DNA from: Chiloscyllium plagiosum
Taxonomy: Eukaryota
DNA length: 64,000 nucleotides
NCBI RefSeq assembly: GCF_004010195.1
Contig: NC_057752.1
Location: 603,908 to 667,907 of the forward strand
Direction: 5' to 3'
Both the position numbers and the translations under genes were made by a program. Shown piece by piece: positions 1 through 13,735 of this stretch. Position 1 is the first letter of the stretch, and every line of letters starts with the position of its first letter. The notes below the pieces were generated by a model. The model saw only the letters and a program-made list of their open reading frames with translations, had not been told where the DNA came from and ran no database searches.

Positions 1-610
1 TCTCCACCAGAATATTGGTCTCATTCCAATTTAGGTGCAACCTCTGTCCCACTTCTACAGTTTACTTATATCCTAGAAGAAATTCCAATGATTCAAAAAT
101 GCTCGACCCTGGCACCTGGGAAGCAACACACCATTCTAATGTCTCATTGGTTGCAGAAATGTCTCTGTGCTCTTAACTAGAGTTCCCTATCACCGTTGAT
201 CGCTTAGAACCTGACATACCCCTCACTACAGTAGAAAGTCTCTACAGTTACCCGGCTGTCAGTGCTACGTCCATCACACCCTGAGAGTCCATCACACCCT
301 CAGTTTTCCAAAACCGCATACTCGTTTGAGATGGGGATAGCCACAGGAGACTTCTACACCTACTTGCCTGTCCTTCCTTTCCTAGAGGTAACCTATCTAC
401 CTGACTTTATCTGTAGTTTTTCTATCTTCCTGAAACTGCCATTCATCCCACCTGGTTCCTGTAAATTCCTCATTGCCTCTACCTGCTACTCCAACCAAAC
501 CAAACAATCTGATAGGATTTGCAATCAAATGCATTTTCTACAGACATAATGATCAAGAACATTGAAATTCTCCCTAATCTCTCTCATTCAACAGGAAGAC
601 CACATCACTG
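1..610 (-). mobile_element. Degraded CR1 LINE ORF1-region fragment
   Basis: Similar to the ORF1 region near 13500-13620 (ggcacc..ggaggcaaca.acc segments). Confidence 0.55.
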
Positions 611-942
611 CACTAAAGGCCATCTCTGCACCATGATAATCTACAGACCTAGTCTTGTTGCTCTAAAAACACTGCTGTAAGATAACTTAATACTTTTGAT
701 TAGATTTTTAAAATGTAAAACATGAGACCGATCATGGTAAAGCATTAAAAAATGCCCTCCCCTACTCACTTATAAAATTTATTTATTTTTGTTGTAAATC
801 TGAGTCTTGCAAATATTTAGTTTGAAAAAAATGACCTTGCGCTGTTAAGTCAAATTTCATGTGACAAATTATCAATGAGATTTAGTACTGTGAATATTCA
901 GGAGCTTGCTGATAGAACGTTGATGTTTTGCTTTCTTTTCAG

Positions 943-1032
943 GAGCTATTGGCATTCAGCCCTCATAAAAGAATCTCCGCTTTTGACGCCCTGCGACATC
1001 CTTATTTTCAAGGCCAAAGTCCTGAAGTTTAA
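943..1032 (+). CDS. CDK4: Cyclin-dependent kinase 4, last coding exon ([29 protein letters not shown])
   Basis: Acceptor ttttgctttcttttcAG at 941-942; phase-0 exon ending TAA at 1030-1032. The peptide matches the kinase subdomain XI tail of human CDK4 ([21 protein letters not shown]). Convergent with TSPAN31, as in human. Earlier exons lie outside the window. Confidence 0.88.
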   Translation, partial: [29 protein letters not shown]

Positions 1033-1789
1033 GATCGATAGTGAGCTGAGGATAAGAAACTGCCTGTGCCTTTGTCTGCAAATCATCACTTGGGTGCTAC
1101 TGTTACAACTGTCCTACAGACTTGCACTCAGGATAGGGAGGGAGGAGGGGTGTTTCACAGAAAACTGAGCATTAACCAACTGAGGGCTTGTCATAGTTTG
1201 CAAAATGTTTTTCCTTCTCATGTTGATTTGTAAAACCCTACTCCTTTGGCAAAGTGTGTGCAGCCTGAAATGTATAATTGAGTGGCTCTTTCGGGGCATC
1301 TCTCCCCCCCCCCGCACCACCACCACCGTCCAATGCAGCCTTCAGTTGGTTAAAATGACGTATCTTTGCTCTATGCATGGCATCATTTTCTTGATGTGCA
1401 CTAGTTTGCCTGTCCATTTACATGGAAGTCCAACTGGCACTGAACATGTTTCATGCCATTTGAGGAGGTAGTTATGCTGTCTATCCAGCTTCTTTCTTCT
1501 CTCCACCCCCTCCGACCCCCCCCCACTCCTCTAATGGTTTTGTTTAAAAGCATGGTTAGACAATAGTACTGTTTCAACCAACTCCATTTCTATGTTGGCA
1601 GGAATGAAAGACCTTCCTCTGAGGTTATATTAAAATGATTGCAGGTTGCTCCGCATTGCCCAGCAATAATTCTTCTCTTTCTCCCTTGCTCTGTTCTGCA
1701 TGGTCCTCCCCACCCGCCAAAAACAAATGACCAATGCATTAAACTTTCTCAAAGGAGCCATGTCCCATGAATCCTGAAATCCTATTTGA

Positions 1790-2180
1790 ACTTGGGATGC
1801 CGTAAAGCGCTTCATAACCAATGAAGTATTTTTGAACTGCAGTTCTTTTTTTTTTAAATTGAAGCGTATGAAACACAAGCCAATTTGCACGCCAAGCTCC
1901 CACAGATAGTGATGTGATAAATGACTAGATCATCTGTTCTTGGACAGTGATTGATTGGGAATGAATGTTGGCCCCAGGACACCAGGGCGAACTCCCCTTG
2001 CTCCTCTTCTGGTTGTGCCCTGAGAGGCCAGACTCCTTCAGTTAAAGCCTCTTTTGGAAGCTGCAATCTCTGGGACAACATTCCCTCAGTGGAGTGTTAG
2101 CCTAGATTTTGTACTCTCATCTGAGTGGGGCTTGAATTCGCTACCTTTGACTTCCAGACAGGGATGCTACCCCACAATGG
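1790..2180 (-). mobile_element. DeuSINE (SacSINE1/AmnSINE-like) remnant
   Basis: Reverse complement contains a Deu-domain-like core (..ggagttcgccctggtgtcctggggccaacatt..tgtgggagcttggcgtgcaaattggct..). Confidence 0.65.
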
Positions 2181-2469
2181 CCTGCAGTTATGGACATGCA
2201 GCCAGTGGAAAGATGTATATGGTACCAGTGTATCCTTGTGTTATATTATTTGTCATTTTGGCTGATCCACCTCCATGTGACTTGGCTTGAAAACTTGGGG
2301 AAAACCTGCAGGTTTGCAGCTCTGTTTGCTGTCTAACCCTTTCACACTAAGGAGCAAGAGGTATGTTTACCAAGCATAATTAAAGGTGGTTATTGCTACT
2401 GGAAATAATTGATTATGACTAGTTGATCACTTGTCATTTGGCAGCACGGAAGTTTAGTATTGCTGGGAA

Positions 2470-2880
2470 GAAGTATTCATTGTCAAATTTCTTTATCTTG
2501 CACGCATCAGAACAATTTGCAAGAATACCAAATGGAGTGAAAACCTGAAATTCATACAGCACAACGTTTACACATGCCTACTTCAATGCATCAAAATACA
2601 TTCTCTTGTTTGATCAAGTTATTATCCTGCGAAACAGTCAACCTGACTTTGTTTAAATTTTAAAGTTTGATAGTTAAATGCAAGTCTTCGTTAACTGGCA
2701 CGTGCTCCATGATACTGTCTGTACCAATTAGAGTCCACTTGTCAACCAATCAGCATTCTTCTCTCCTCTCCTACAGTATAAATGTTGTTTCCTTTTGCTT
2801 TGGTATTTCAAGGATATTGTCCTGATGAATGCAAAATGAAAAGCTTTGGCAAGATATGTGTTTTTCAACCATACTCATTT
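2470..2880. mobile_element. Old inverted-repeat Penelope-like element with decayed hammerhead motifs
   Basis: 2480-2535 is roughly the reverse complement of 2800-2855; gtcCTGATGAatgcaaaatGAAAAGCTT at about 2819-2846. Confidence 0.5.
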
Positions 2881-3269
2881 ATTTCTTCCTTGCCTCTCAA
2901 CTGGTCAGTTTCCCCATGATTATAGGACTGTGCAATATGGTTTTGAAATTCTTACACACTAAAACCACCTTGCCAAATCTCCGCCTTTTACTGGTGCATG
3001 GGAGCGGTGCTTGACAGACGCTTTTGGGCTACATTTAAGGACCCTGTTTGTAGTACTCAATGCCCGACTGTTGTTCCAATTTATAGGCACTAACAGTCTG
3101 AATAAAAACTTTGTCCGAATGTTGAAAGCCAATCCGTGGTTTACTCAATGGAAGTTTTGCACAATATCGTATAGTCACCTAATCACAGAAGTAAAAGTCC
3201 AGCTGCAGGACAGCAGCACTTCAGTGAAGTAGATTCTAGCCTTTGTAAAGATCCTTTCAGAACTATGGC

Positions 3270-6000
3270 ATAGGATTATAATTGTTATGGCACAGGAGGA
3301 GGAAATTCAGCCGATCATGTGTGCATTGACTGACTGCTATTCTCCTATTTTTTTTTTTCTGCCTCCTAACTCTGGATGTGGTTTCTATTTAATTCATATG
3401 GTGCCCTCTTTGCCTCAATTCAACATGCCTCATGCACACTTCCAGGCAATGCTTTCTTAATCCATTTGAGTGGCAACAGTTTCTTCATATCTGCTCTGAC
3501 CCAGCATCCTCACTTTTATTAAAAACAAAACTTATCAGATCTCCCGTTGGTCTTTTCTCCGTGGAAATACCTCTGAATTTCTCCAATCTATCATTGTTAA
3601 AACTGAGGTGTCTCATTCCTGGAACCATTCTTGTAAACTGCTTCTGCACACTTTCCGATGTGCTCACTTCCTTTCTGAGATGTGGTGGCCAGAACTGTAC
3701 TGGTAGTCCAGCTGAAGTCTGTCTAATGTTTCCTACAGATTTAGCATAGCCTCCTATATTCTGCCTCTGTTAATAAATCCTAGAATACTGTAGACTTGAA
3801 CTGCTCCTTCCACCTGTCTCGCTACCCTTTAGTGACTTCTGTACTAGGCACCTAAGTCTGTCTACTCCTGCACATCCTTTTGCCTTTTTTTGTTTTATGC
3901 TATCACTCACTATATGTTCTTATTCCCAAAAATGCATCACCTCGTGCTTCTCTGCAATGAGCTTCACCTGCCACCTACCTGCCTATTTCACCAACTTGTC
4001 AGTGTCCTTTTCTAATTTTAGTCTGGCCTCCTACGTTTAAATGCTTCCATGTTTTGTATCATCTGCACATTGAGATTTAGACCTCCTATAATATCAGAAA
4101 AAGGGTCCCAAAACCATCCAGTAGGAAATAATACTACAAACCTTCCTTGAGCCCGAAAACTAGGCATTAACTATCTTGTTCCCTATCCCTTAGTCCATCC
4201 TGTATCCAAGTTCATCTCGTCCCTTTTATTCCATGAGAGAACCTTTCTCAAGTCTGTGGTGCTGTACTGAACACCTATGTAAATAACATCAACAGCATTA
4301 CCCTCTCTCAAATAGTCCAGGTTAGTTAGACACCATTTTCACTTAAATCTCTGCTGGCTTTTCCCAATTAACCCAATTTCTTCCATGTATGTCTCATTTC
4401 CATCATAAATAATTGTTTGAACAAATTTTCTCAGTACTTAATCTGGGCTTATTCATAGAACGTTTTTTAGAAGCAATATCCAATGTTGCAATTCTCCAGT
4501 CCTCCAGCAATGCCTGATCAGAGAACCCTGTACTCCACTTTCCTGCCATTACCCCACAACCCTTGATTTCCTTCCTGGTACAGGTCATTCCTCTAAATTG
4601 CACACTTCGTTAATGTGAATTTGCTGTAATGTGATTGACCGATTGGGGACATCGTTTCTAAAGTGTGTATTTTTTAAAAACTTGTTGGCTGTAATGTGAT
4701 TACACTGCCAACACTTTAGGAACAGTGTTGAAGTGTCATTTTCCATAATGCAGGGTTGCACAAGAAAGCAGCCAATGTTATAGATGATCTACCTGTAGAC
4801 AAATTTCCAATTTCAGCTGTAATACACTTATTGACGCAGCCTCAACAGTCCTCTGCAGTAAAGAATGCCACAGATTCACTACCCTCAGAAGAAATTTCTA
4901 AACATCTGTCTTAATTTGTGTAATCCGTTTATTCTGAGATTACACCCTCTGGTCCTAGATTCTCCCACAAGGGGAAACAACTTTTCCCCTGTCAAATCCC
5001 CTAAGAATCTTGTATTTTTCAATTGGTCGTGCCTCATTCTTCTAAACTCCAATGAGTATAGGCCGAACGTATTCCTCCTCTCAAGACGGTCTTTCCATAC
5101 CCAGGATCGACCTCGTGAATGTTCTTTGAACTGTCTTCCAATGCCGGTGTGCCTTTCCTTGGATAAGGATCCAATCTTCGGTTTCCAGGTGTGGTCTGAC
5201 TATTTTCTGTAAAAGTATTCACAAAGCTCCCTGTATTTATGCTCCATTCTCTTTGAAATAAAGGCCAACATTCTATTTGCCTTCCCTGTTACCTGCTGAA
5301 CTTGGATGCTAGCTTTTTGTGATTCATGCACAAGGACTCCCAAATCACTCTGTATAGTAGCTTTCTGCAGTCTTTCTCCATTTGAATAACATTCGGTTCC
5401 TCTATTCTTGCTGCCAAAGTGCATAACCTCGCTTGTCTATATCCCTCTGCAGACTTTGACATCCTATTTCTAAATATTCTGCTATTGTATCCTTTTATCA
5501 TAGACTTGGCTTAATGTCTGTTATTGGGAAAATGTTAACTGGCCCGTAGATACTTGGTCTCTTTCACCTTCCCTTTTGTTACTGATCTCTGGAACTGTTC
5601 CAGAATTTAAGAACTCTTGGAAGATAGTACAAGTATATCTACTGTCTCTGTAGTTGTTACTTTTTAATATGCTAGAATGTATCCCATTAGGTCCAGGGAC
5701 GAACCGTTCTTTAGCCCCTTTAGTTTCTGTTGTGCTTGCTCTCTGATAATTTGTATTTATTTCCTTTCCTCCTTTGAACTTCTAATTAATAGCATTCTAA
5801 GATGACTAAATAGTGTCGTCTACTGTGAAGATTGATGCAAAGTATTTCTTCAACTGTTGTTACTTGATTTTCCCCTATATTTCCCCAGCCTCGTTCTCCA
5901 AGGGGGCTATGTTGATTTTGACCTCACTTCCCTATTTATAATGTTTGAAGAAGTTTTGCCTGCATCCTCTTTCCATTCATGCATCCACCTGGTCTTGTCT
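3270..6000 (-). mobile_element. Cluster of degraded CR1 LINE fragments
   Basis: RT C-terminal peptides on - (ESVQKQFTRMVPGM; HFGSKNRGTECYSNGERLQ..SDLGVLVH). Confidence 0.8.
4581..4795. mobile_element. Tc1/mariner-pogo type MITE
   Basis: TA|CAGGT...ACCTG|TA termini; homologous to the copy at 24857-25053; inserted into a CR1. Confidence 0.75.
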
Positions 6001-7267
6001 TCATATTTTCGTACTCTATTTGTTTTTGGCATCCTGTTTGCTCATTTTCTGAGGCTCCTTAAATTCTGATGGCAGAGCTTCCTATATCATTTGAACCAAA
6101 GTGGGCCACTACCTCTAAATGTTCGCCTGACTGCTGAAGCTATCTTGCAGCTAAAACAATTTATATACAGTACAGCACCTCTCACGACGTTTGAGCTAAT
6201 GCAAAACTTGTTCTTGTATTATGTCATGCGAAAGATTTAAAATTTTCCAGTTAAAGTATTCATTAAGCGGCTCCCGTATGCCAGTGCTGAATTGTATAGG
6301 GAGAGGGGAAAGAGGAGAATGATTTGCAGAAACCCTTTGGCAGAGGATTTTGTTTTGGCGTTTTCCCAAATGGTGTTAATTGCATTAAGTGTACAATCTC
6401 TACCTTTTTATTTTAAGACTCCAAATGCTTCTTTAGGCAAAAATATTCCATAATTCTTCAAATCCTACCATGGATTACTATAACTGTTACCAACAGATTT
6501 TTTAAACTGAGAAAGCAATGTGTGCAAATTTCAGCTGCTAATTTAAAAAAAAAAAAAATCCACCTCTTCAGACTCTCTTCAGTCCTTCTGATTTGGATCT
6601 GTAATAAGATGCTACCCCTCTATTTTGGGTTGAGGAAATGAATTGACTGTTGTCCTGCTGGTAAAGGATACGGTCTGGTGTCTGATATGTGCAGTGTTTG
6701 TTTGTATATACACAATCACAATATTTTAATGTGACTTGCTATTTAGTTCCTGTAATTTGTTACAAAAGCCATCAAGTTTTGTTCAAAATTATTTCACTAC
6801 TTAGTCTGGAATGACAGCAGCAAGGAAGTCACTTCAGTTAGTGGTTTTGCATATTTTTTTAAAATTTTGTATTTGTCCAGCTTATAGTAGACTGAACTGG
6901 CTGCCCAGATACTCTGATGTTACTTCCAAATCTGTCAAGTCAATTCTGCGTAAAGGGCCCCTTGTGTCTCCTCCGAATACTGAAATCTGGCTGAATGCTG
7001 GAAAAGATCACGTCAAAAATATGGATATATAAATTGAACACTGAAGCTCAAGTCTGATATTAAGTCCAGTATTGAAACAGATTGTGCAGTAATCATCATC
7101 TGACCCTAGAGGGCCTCTGAATGCTTTCTAAAGTTAACATTCGCAGTCGACAGCAAATCAAAAAGGATTTGGCAGCACCATCAATTGGGTTCTTTTGCTG
7201 TTTCAATGATGTGTAACGGTCTGCATACGTGTGATCCAGACCTAACACTTGTTTGTAGCTCTATTAC

Positions 7268-8698
7268 CCAGGTTTGGAGTTACTAGCGACATACCGCAAG
7301 GGTCGGTGTTGGGTCCACTGCTGTTCGTCATTTTTATAAATGACCTGGATGAGGGCTTAGGGTGGGTTAGTAAATTTGCGGACGACACTAAGGTCAGAGG
7401 AGTTGTGAATAGTGATGATGTATGTAGTAGGTTGCAGAGAGACATCGATAGGATGCAGAGCTGGGCTGAGAGGTGGCAAATGGAGTTTAATGTAGACAAG
7501 TGTGAGGTGATACACTTTGGCCGGAGTAATCGGAATGCAAATTACTGGGCTAATGGTAGGATTCTTGGGAATGCAGATGAGCAGAGAGATCTCTGTGTCC
7601 ATGTACACAGATCCCTGAAAGTTGCCACCCAGGTGGAAGGGTTGTTAAGAAGGCATACAGTGTTTTGGCCTTTATTAATAGAGGGATTGAGTTCCGGAAC
7701 CAGGAGGTTATGCTGCAGCTGTACAAAGCTCTAGTACGGCCACACTTGGAGTATTGTGCACTGCATTATAAGAAGGATGTGGAAGCTTTGGAAGGGTGCA
7801 CAGGAGATTTGCTAGGATGTTGCCTGGTATGGAAGGAATGTTTTACGAGGAAAGGCTTGAGGGCCTTGAGGCTGTTCTCGTTAGAGAGAAGAAGGTTGAG
7901 AGGTGAGTTAATAGAGACATACAAGATAATCAGAGGGTTAGATAGGGTGGACAGGGAGAGCCTTTTTCCAAGTATGAGGACGGCAAACACTAGGGCACAC
8001 CACTTTTAAAGTGAGGGGGGATAGGTATAAGACAGATGTCAGAGGTAGTTTCTTTACTCCGAGTAGTAAGGGTATGGAATGCTTTGCCTGCAATGGTAGT
8101 AGATTCGCCAAGTTTCAGTGCATTTAAATCGTCATTGGACAGGCAAATGGACGTACATGGAATAGTGTAGGTGGGATGGGCTTCAGATTAGTATGAGAGG
8201 GCGGCGCATCATCGAGGGCCGAACATTACTGTGCTGTAATGTTCTATGTTCTATGATCTGAGCTACAGGGAGAGCCTGAACAGGCTGGGGCTGTTTTCCC
8301 TGGAGCGTTGGAGGCTGAGGGGTGACCTTATAGAGGTTTACAAAATTGAGGGGCATGGATAGGATAAATAGACAAAGTCTTTTCCTTGGGGTCGGGGAGT
8401 CCAGAACTAGAGGGCATAGGTTTAGGGTGAGAGAGGAAAGATATAAAAGAGACCTAAGGGGCAACATTTTCACGCAGAGGGTGGTGCGTGTATGGAATGA
8501 GCTGCCAGAGGATGTGGTGGAGGCTGGTACAATTGCAACATTTAAAAGGCATTTGGATGGGTATATGAATAGGAAGGGTTTGGAGGGATATGGGCCGGGT
8601 GCTGGCAGGTGGGACTAGATTGGGTTGGGATATCTGGTCGGCATGGACAGGTTGGACCGAAGGGTCTGTTTCCATGCTGTACATCTCTCTGACTCTGA
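7268..8698 (+). mobile_element. Two abutting 5'-truncated CR1 (HER1-like) LINEs
   Basis: RT motifs PQGSVLGPLLF and KFADDTK; distinct 3' tails (tgttcta)n near 8240 and catctctctgactctga near 8690. Confidence 0.92.
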
Positions 8699-9304
8699 GT
8701 GCTCTTAATCTCTAATGAGCAGTAAGTGGTAGCAGCAGTAGAATATTGCCGTGAGTTAGGGCTTCCCTACTCAATTTTATAATGGTATGTTCATTGGACT
8801 GATTGCTTACTTGAAGTCTGTCTGTACCCCTCTCCTGTTCCCCTAGCCTTTCCCTGGGCTAAATCCCAGTTACAAGGACAGAAGGTGGTAGCCTACTTTT
8901 GAATACCACCTTTCAATTCAGGGTGTGGGTAATTATGATTGATTTTAAGCCTGCTATTAAATGAAAATACAAGTTGGCCTCCATCTTAAGTATGGTCTAC
9001 TTACGTGGTAATGTGCTCCCTTATTATTAGGAAGTGATTTGATTGGTGAATGGCTTCTTTAAGTGATTAATGAGACTCTTATTGGCTTCTTGAGCCTGAG
9101 TAAATTTAGTGTGATAAAATGGAATTTGTTCTTGTATATGAAACTGTCAAGAAATAACATGAAGCATGATATAAACGGGATTTATGCTGTCAATATTACA
9201 GTTGATTTAAGCATATTTATTTGAAAATTGCCTTTGTACAACTCAAAGTTGAATGGACCCCTTAAAGGCTTTGATATATTGAGGAAACCATGCCCCTCTC
9301 TTGA

Positions 9305-9770
9305 ATAGAATCACACCTATACAACATGGAAACAGACCCTTTGGTCCAATGTGTCCACGCTGACCAGATATCCTTCCTATTTATATGCCTATCCAGATGC
9401 CTTTTAAATGCTGTAATTGTACCAACTGCCACCACTTCCTCTGGCAGCTTGTTCTATGCCTACATCACTCTCTACATCCTTCCTATAGCAGGGAGACCAG
9501 AACTGAACTGGTATTCCAAAAGTGGCCTAACCAATGTCCTATACAGCTGCAACATGACCACCTAAGTCCTATATTCAATGCATTGACCAATAAAGGCAAC
9601 TGTTCCTAACACCACCTTCTCTACCTTGTATACCTGTGCCTCTATTGTCAAGGAACTATGATCCTGCACTCCAAGGTTTCTTTGTTGAGCAATACTCCTC
9701 AGGACCTTGCCATTACATGTACATGATGTGCCCTGATTTGTCTTCCCAAAATGCAGCACCTCTTAATCTG
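9305..9770 (-). mobile_element. CR1 LINE 3' fragment with internal deletions
   Basis: Same 3' tail as 8257-8698 in reverse; LHFGKTNQG peptide. Confidence 0.88.
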
Positions 9771-10134
9771 TAAAGTGAATCCTAGACATGTAAACAGAAA
9801 ACACTCAGCAGGTCACACTCTGCTGATATCATTTCAAGTTGGTTACTTTTTTGAGAGCACCAAGAGCCTCTGTTTAACAGCTCATACCTTAGCCCAACAA
9901 AAAAAAATTAGTAACCATCTATGTTATTTTATTGTCTTCAATCACCCTTAATTTCTGGGGGAAATATTTCAATTCCCTTTTTTTGGTTCAGGAAGCATTT
10001 CATATCACTCCTGAATATTCAGGCTCTAAGTTTAAGATTCTGTCCTCTAGTGCCTTGTTTAAGTGCAAACATTGTGTATACTGCCAGTGGGTCTTATAGA
10101 GCAGTGTTCACAGTGCAGAAGGTGGCTGTTCGGC

Positions 10135-13100
10135 CTATCATAGAACATAGAACAGCACAGGGCCTTTGGGTTTCGATGTTGTCGGCCTTGTATCCTTCTA
10201 AGGTCAGACTAACCTACGTTGACAATTGTACGTTATACGTTAGTCTAACCTAACTTTCATTGTACTATTATCCATGTGCCTATCCAAAGGTCGCTTAAAT
10301 ATCCCTATTGTATCTGACTGTACTACTACTACTACTGCTGGCAGAGCATTCCGTGCACCCACCACTCTAAAGAACCTACTTATGACATCTCCCCTAACCC
10401 TTCAAGTCACCTCTCATCATTCTTTGCTCCATTGATAAAAGCCCCAGCTCTCTCAACCTTTCTTCATAAGACATGCCCTCCCGGTCCAGGCAGCATCCTG
10501 GTAAATCCCCTCTGCACCTCCTCTAAAGCGCTCACATCTTTCCTATTATGAGGCACCCTGAACAGAACACAATATTCCAAGTGCTCTATAAAGTTGCAGC
10601 ATAACTTCGTGGCTCTTAAACTCAATCCTCCTGCTAATAAAGTGGAGGAGCTAGTGTTGAACTTGGTGGACAAAATTAAAAATCTCAACAGGTTTCCCAA
10701 TCGATCTGTTGAACTTCAACCTGCTATTGTGATTTTTTTTTTTAACCCTGCTAATGAAAGTCAACACACCCTATGCCACCTTAACAACCCTATCAAGTTG
10801 GGTGGCAACTTCGAGAGATCTATGGATGTGGATGCCGGGATCCCTCTGTTCCTCCACACTCCCAAGAACCCTGCCTTTAACAGTGTAGTCTGCATTCAAA
10901 TTTGACGTTCCAAAATGAATCACTTCACACTTTTCCGGGTTGAAATCCATCTGCCAAGTTATCAGCCCAGTTCTTCATCCTGTTAATGTCCCATTGAAAC
11001 CTATAACAGCCCTCCACACTATCCACCACTCGATCAACCTTCAACTCGGCAAACTTAGTAACCTACCCTTCCACTTCGCCATCCAAGACGTTTATAAAAA
11101 TCACAAAGAGCGGAGGTCCCAGAACATATTCCTGTGGAACATCACTGGTCACTGAGCTCCAGGCTAAATACTTTCCATCTACTCCCACCCTCTATCATCT
11201 TTGGGCCAGCCAATTCTGTATCCAATTAGCCAAATTTCCCTGTGTTCCATGCTTCCTTAATTTCTGAATGAGCCTACTATGGGAACCTTATCAAACGCCT
11301 TGCTGAAATCCATACACACCACGTCTACTTCAGTGTGTTTTGTCACATCCTCAAGAATTCAATAAGGCTTGTGAGGCATGACCTGCCCCTCACAAAGCTA
11401 TGCTGACTATCTAATCAAACTATGCTTTTCCAAGTAATCATAAATCCTGTCTCGGAACCCTCTCCAATACTTTGTCCACCACAGACATGAGACTGATTAG
11501 CCTATAATTCCTAGGATTATTCCTATTTCCTTCCTTGAATAAGGGAATAATATTTGCCACCCTTCAATCATCTGGCACTACCTCAGTGGACAGTGAGGAT
11601 GCAAAGATCATCACTAAATGCGCAGCAATCTCTTCCATTACTTCCGTTGTAACCTAGGATGTATCCAATCTGGCCCAGGGGATTTATCTATCCTTATGTC
11701 TTTCAAGATTTTCAGCCCATCCTCCTTAATGTCAACCTGTTCGAGCACATCAGCCTGTTTCATGCTATCCTCCAAAACAGCGTGGTCCTCTTAATAGTGA
11801 ATACTGAAGCAAAGTATTCATCAAGGACTTACCATACCACAGCTGACTCCAGGTGCGAGTTCCCTCCATTATCCCTAATTGGCCCTACCCCTCACTCTGA
11901 CCATCCTCTTGTTCCTCACATTGGTGTAGAATGCCTTAGGGTTTTCCTTAATCCTACCCGCTATGGCTTTTTCATGCCCCCTTCTGGCTCTCAAGTCCAT
12001 TCTTCAGCTCCTTCCTGGCTACCCTGTAAACCATTGGAGCCCTGTCTGATCCTTGCCTCCTCAACCTGAAGTATGCTTCCTTCTTCCTCTTGATGAGCTG
12101 TTCTACATCCCTTGTCACACAAGGTTCTTTCACCCTGCCACCCCTTCCTTGTCTCAGTGGGACAGACCTTCCCAGCACCATCAGCAAGTGCTTACTAAAA
12201 ACGTCCACATTTGTCGTGCATTTCCCTGAGAACATTTGTTTCCAATTTAGACAGGTCAATTCCTGCCTAATAGCATTGTAATTCCCCCTCCTCCAATTAA
12301 ATACTTTCCCATACAATCTGTTCCTATCCCTCTCCATGACTATAGTAAAAGTCAGGGAGTTGTGATCACTATCACCGAAATGCTCTCCCACAGAGATCTG
12401 ACAAATGAGCTGGTTTATTGTCCAGCACCAAATCCAATATGGCCTCCCCTCTGGTCAGCCTATCTACATATTGTGTCAGGAACCCTTCCTGGACACACCT
12501 GACAAAAACTGCTCCAAGCAAAGTATTTGAACCAAGGAGGTTCTAATCAATATTTGGGAAGTTAAAGTCACCCATGACTACAGCCCTGTTTCTTCTGCAC
12601 CTTTACAAAATCTGCCTCCCAATCTGCTCCTCTGTGTCTCTGTTACAGACTCTTTCCTCTCCCCCCCCCAAAATACTAAAACTCCTAATATACTGACTGC
12701 GCCTTTTCTGTTTGACTGCCACCCATATTGTCTCTGTAGACAAATCTTCCTCGACCACCTACCTTTCTGCAGCTGTGGCACTATCCCTGATTAGCAATGC
12801 CACTCTTGCACCTCTTTTACCACCCCCCACCACAACCATTCTTTTTGAAACGTCTAAATCCTAGAACATCCAACAACCATTTCTTCCCCCTGTGATATTC
12901 AAGTCTCCATAATGGCCACAACATCATAGTTCTAAGTACTGCTCCGTGCTCCTCAGTTCATCACCCTTATTCCTGATATTCTTGCATTAAAATAAACACA
13001 CTTCAACGCATCACACTAACTGCACCTTTGCCCTATCGAGTGCCTATCATTCCTCACAGATTCTGCATGCTGTATCTGGCTGTTCCCTACCGTCATCTGA

Positions 13101-13625
13101 TCCGAAGCTCTGGTTCCCAACCCCTGCCAATGTAGTTTAAACCTTCCCAAAAAGCTTGAGCAAACCTGCCCTGGTGTCCCTCCAGTTCAGATGCAGTCCA
13201 TCCTCCTTGTACAGGTCCCACCTTCCCCAGAAGGTATCCCAATGATCCACATATCTGAAGCCCTCCCTCCTACGCCAGTCCTGCAGCCACATGCTCATCT
13301 TCACTTGCTCTCTGTTCCTAGCCTCAGTAGGCTGTGGCACTGGGAGTAATCCTGAGATTACTGCTCTGCTCATCCTGCCTTCTAGCATCCAACCTAACTC
13401 TCCATATTCTCTTTTCAGGTCCTTCTCCCTTTTCCAACCTATGTCATTGGTACCAATTATGTACCATGACTTCTAGCTGTTCTCCCTCCCTGTTAAGAAA
13501 CCTGTAGACTCAATCAGAGACTTCCCTGACTCTGGCACCCAGGAGGCAACATATCATCGAGGAGTCTGACTCATGACCACAGAATGTCCTGTCTGTTCCT
13601 CTCATGACTGAATCTCCTGTTACTA
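10135..13625 (-). mobile_element. Long degraded CR1 LINE with ORF1 esterase and ORF2 endonuclease-RT
   Basis: ORF1 SGNH-esterase-like peptide (WDTFWGRWDLYKEDGLHLN), APE endonuclease end (GEHFGDSDHNSL), RT and 3' tail; frameshifted. Confidence 0.9.
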
Positions 13626-13735
13626 TTGCTCTCTTTTTTTTTTTTCTCCCCCTTCCCTTCAGCCAGGCTCAGTGCCAGAAATCTGGCTTTCCCCGGTAGG
13701 TCCCCCCCCCCCCCGCCCCCCCAAAACAGTACCAT

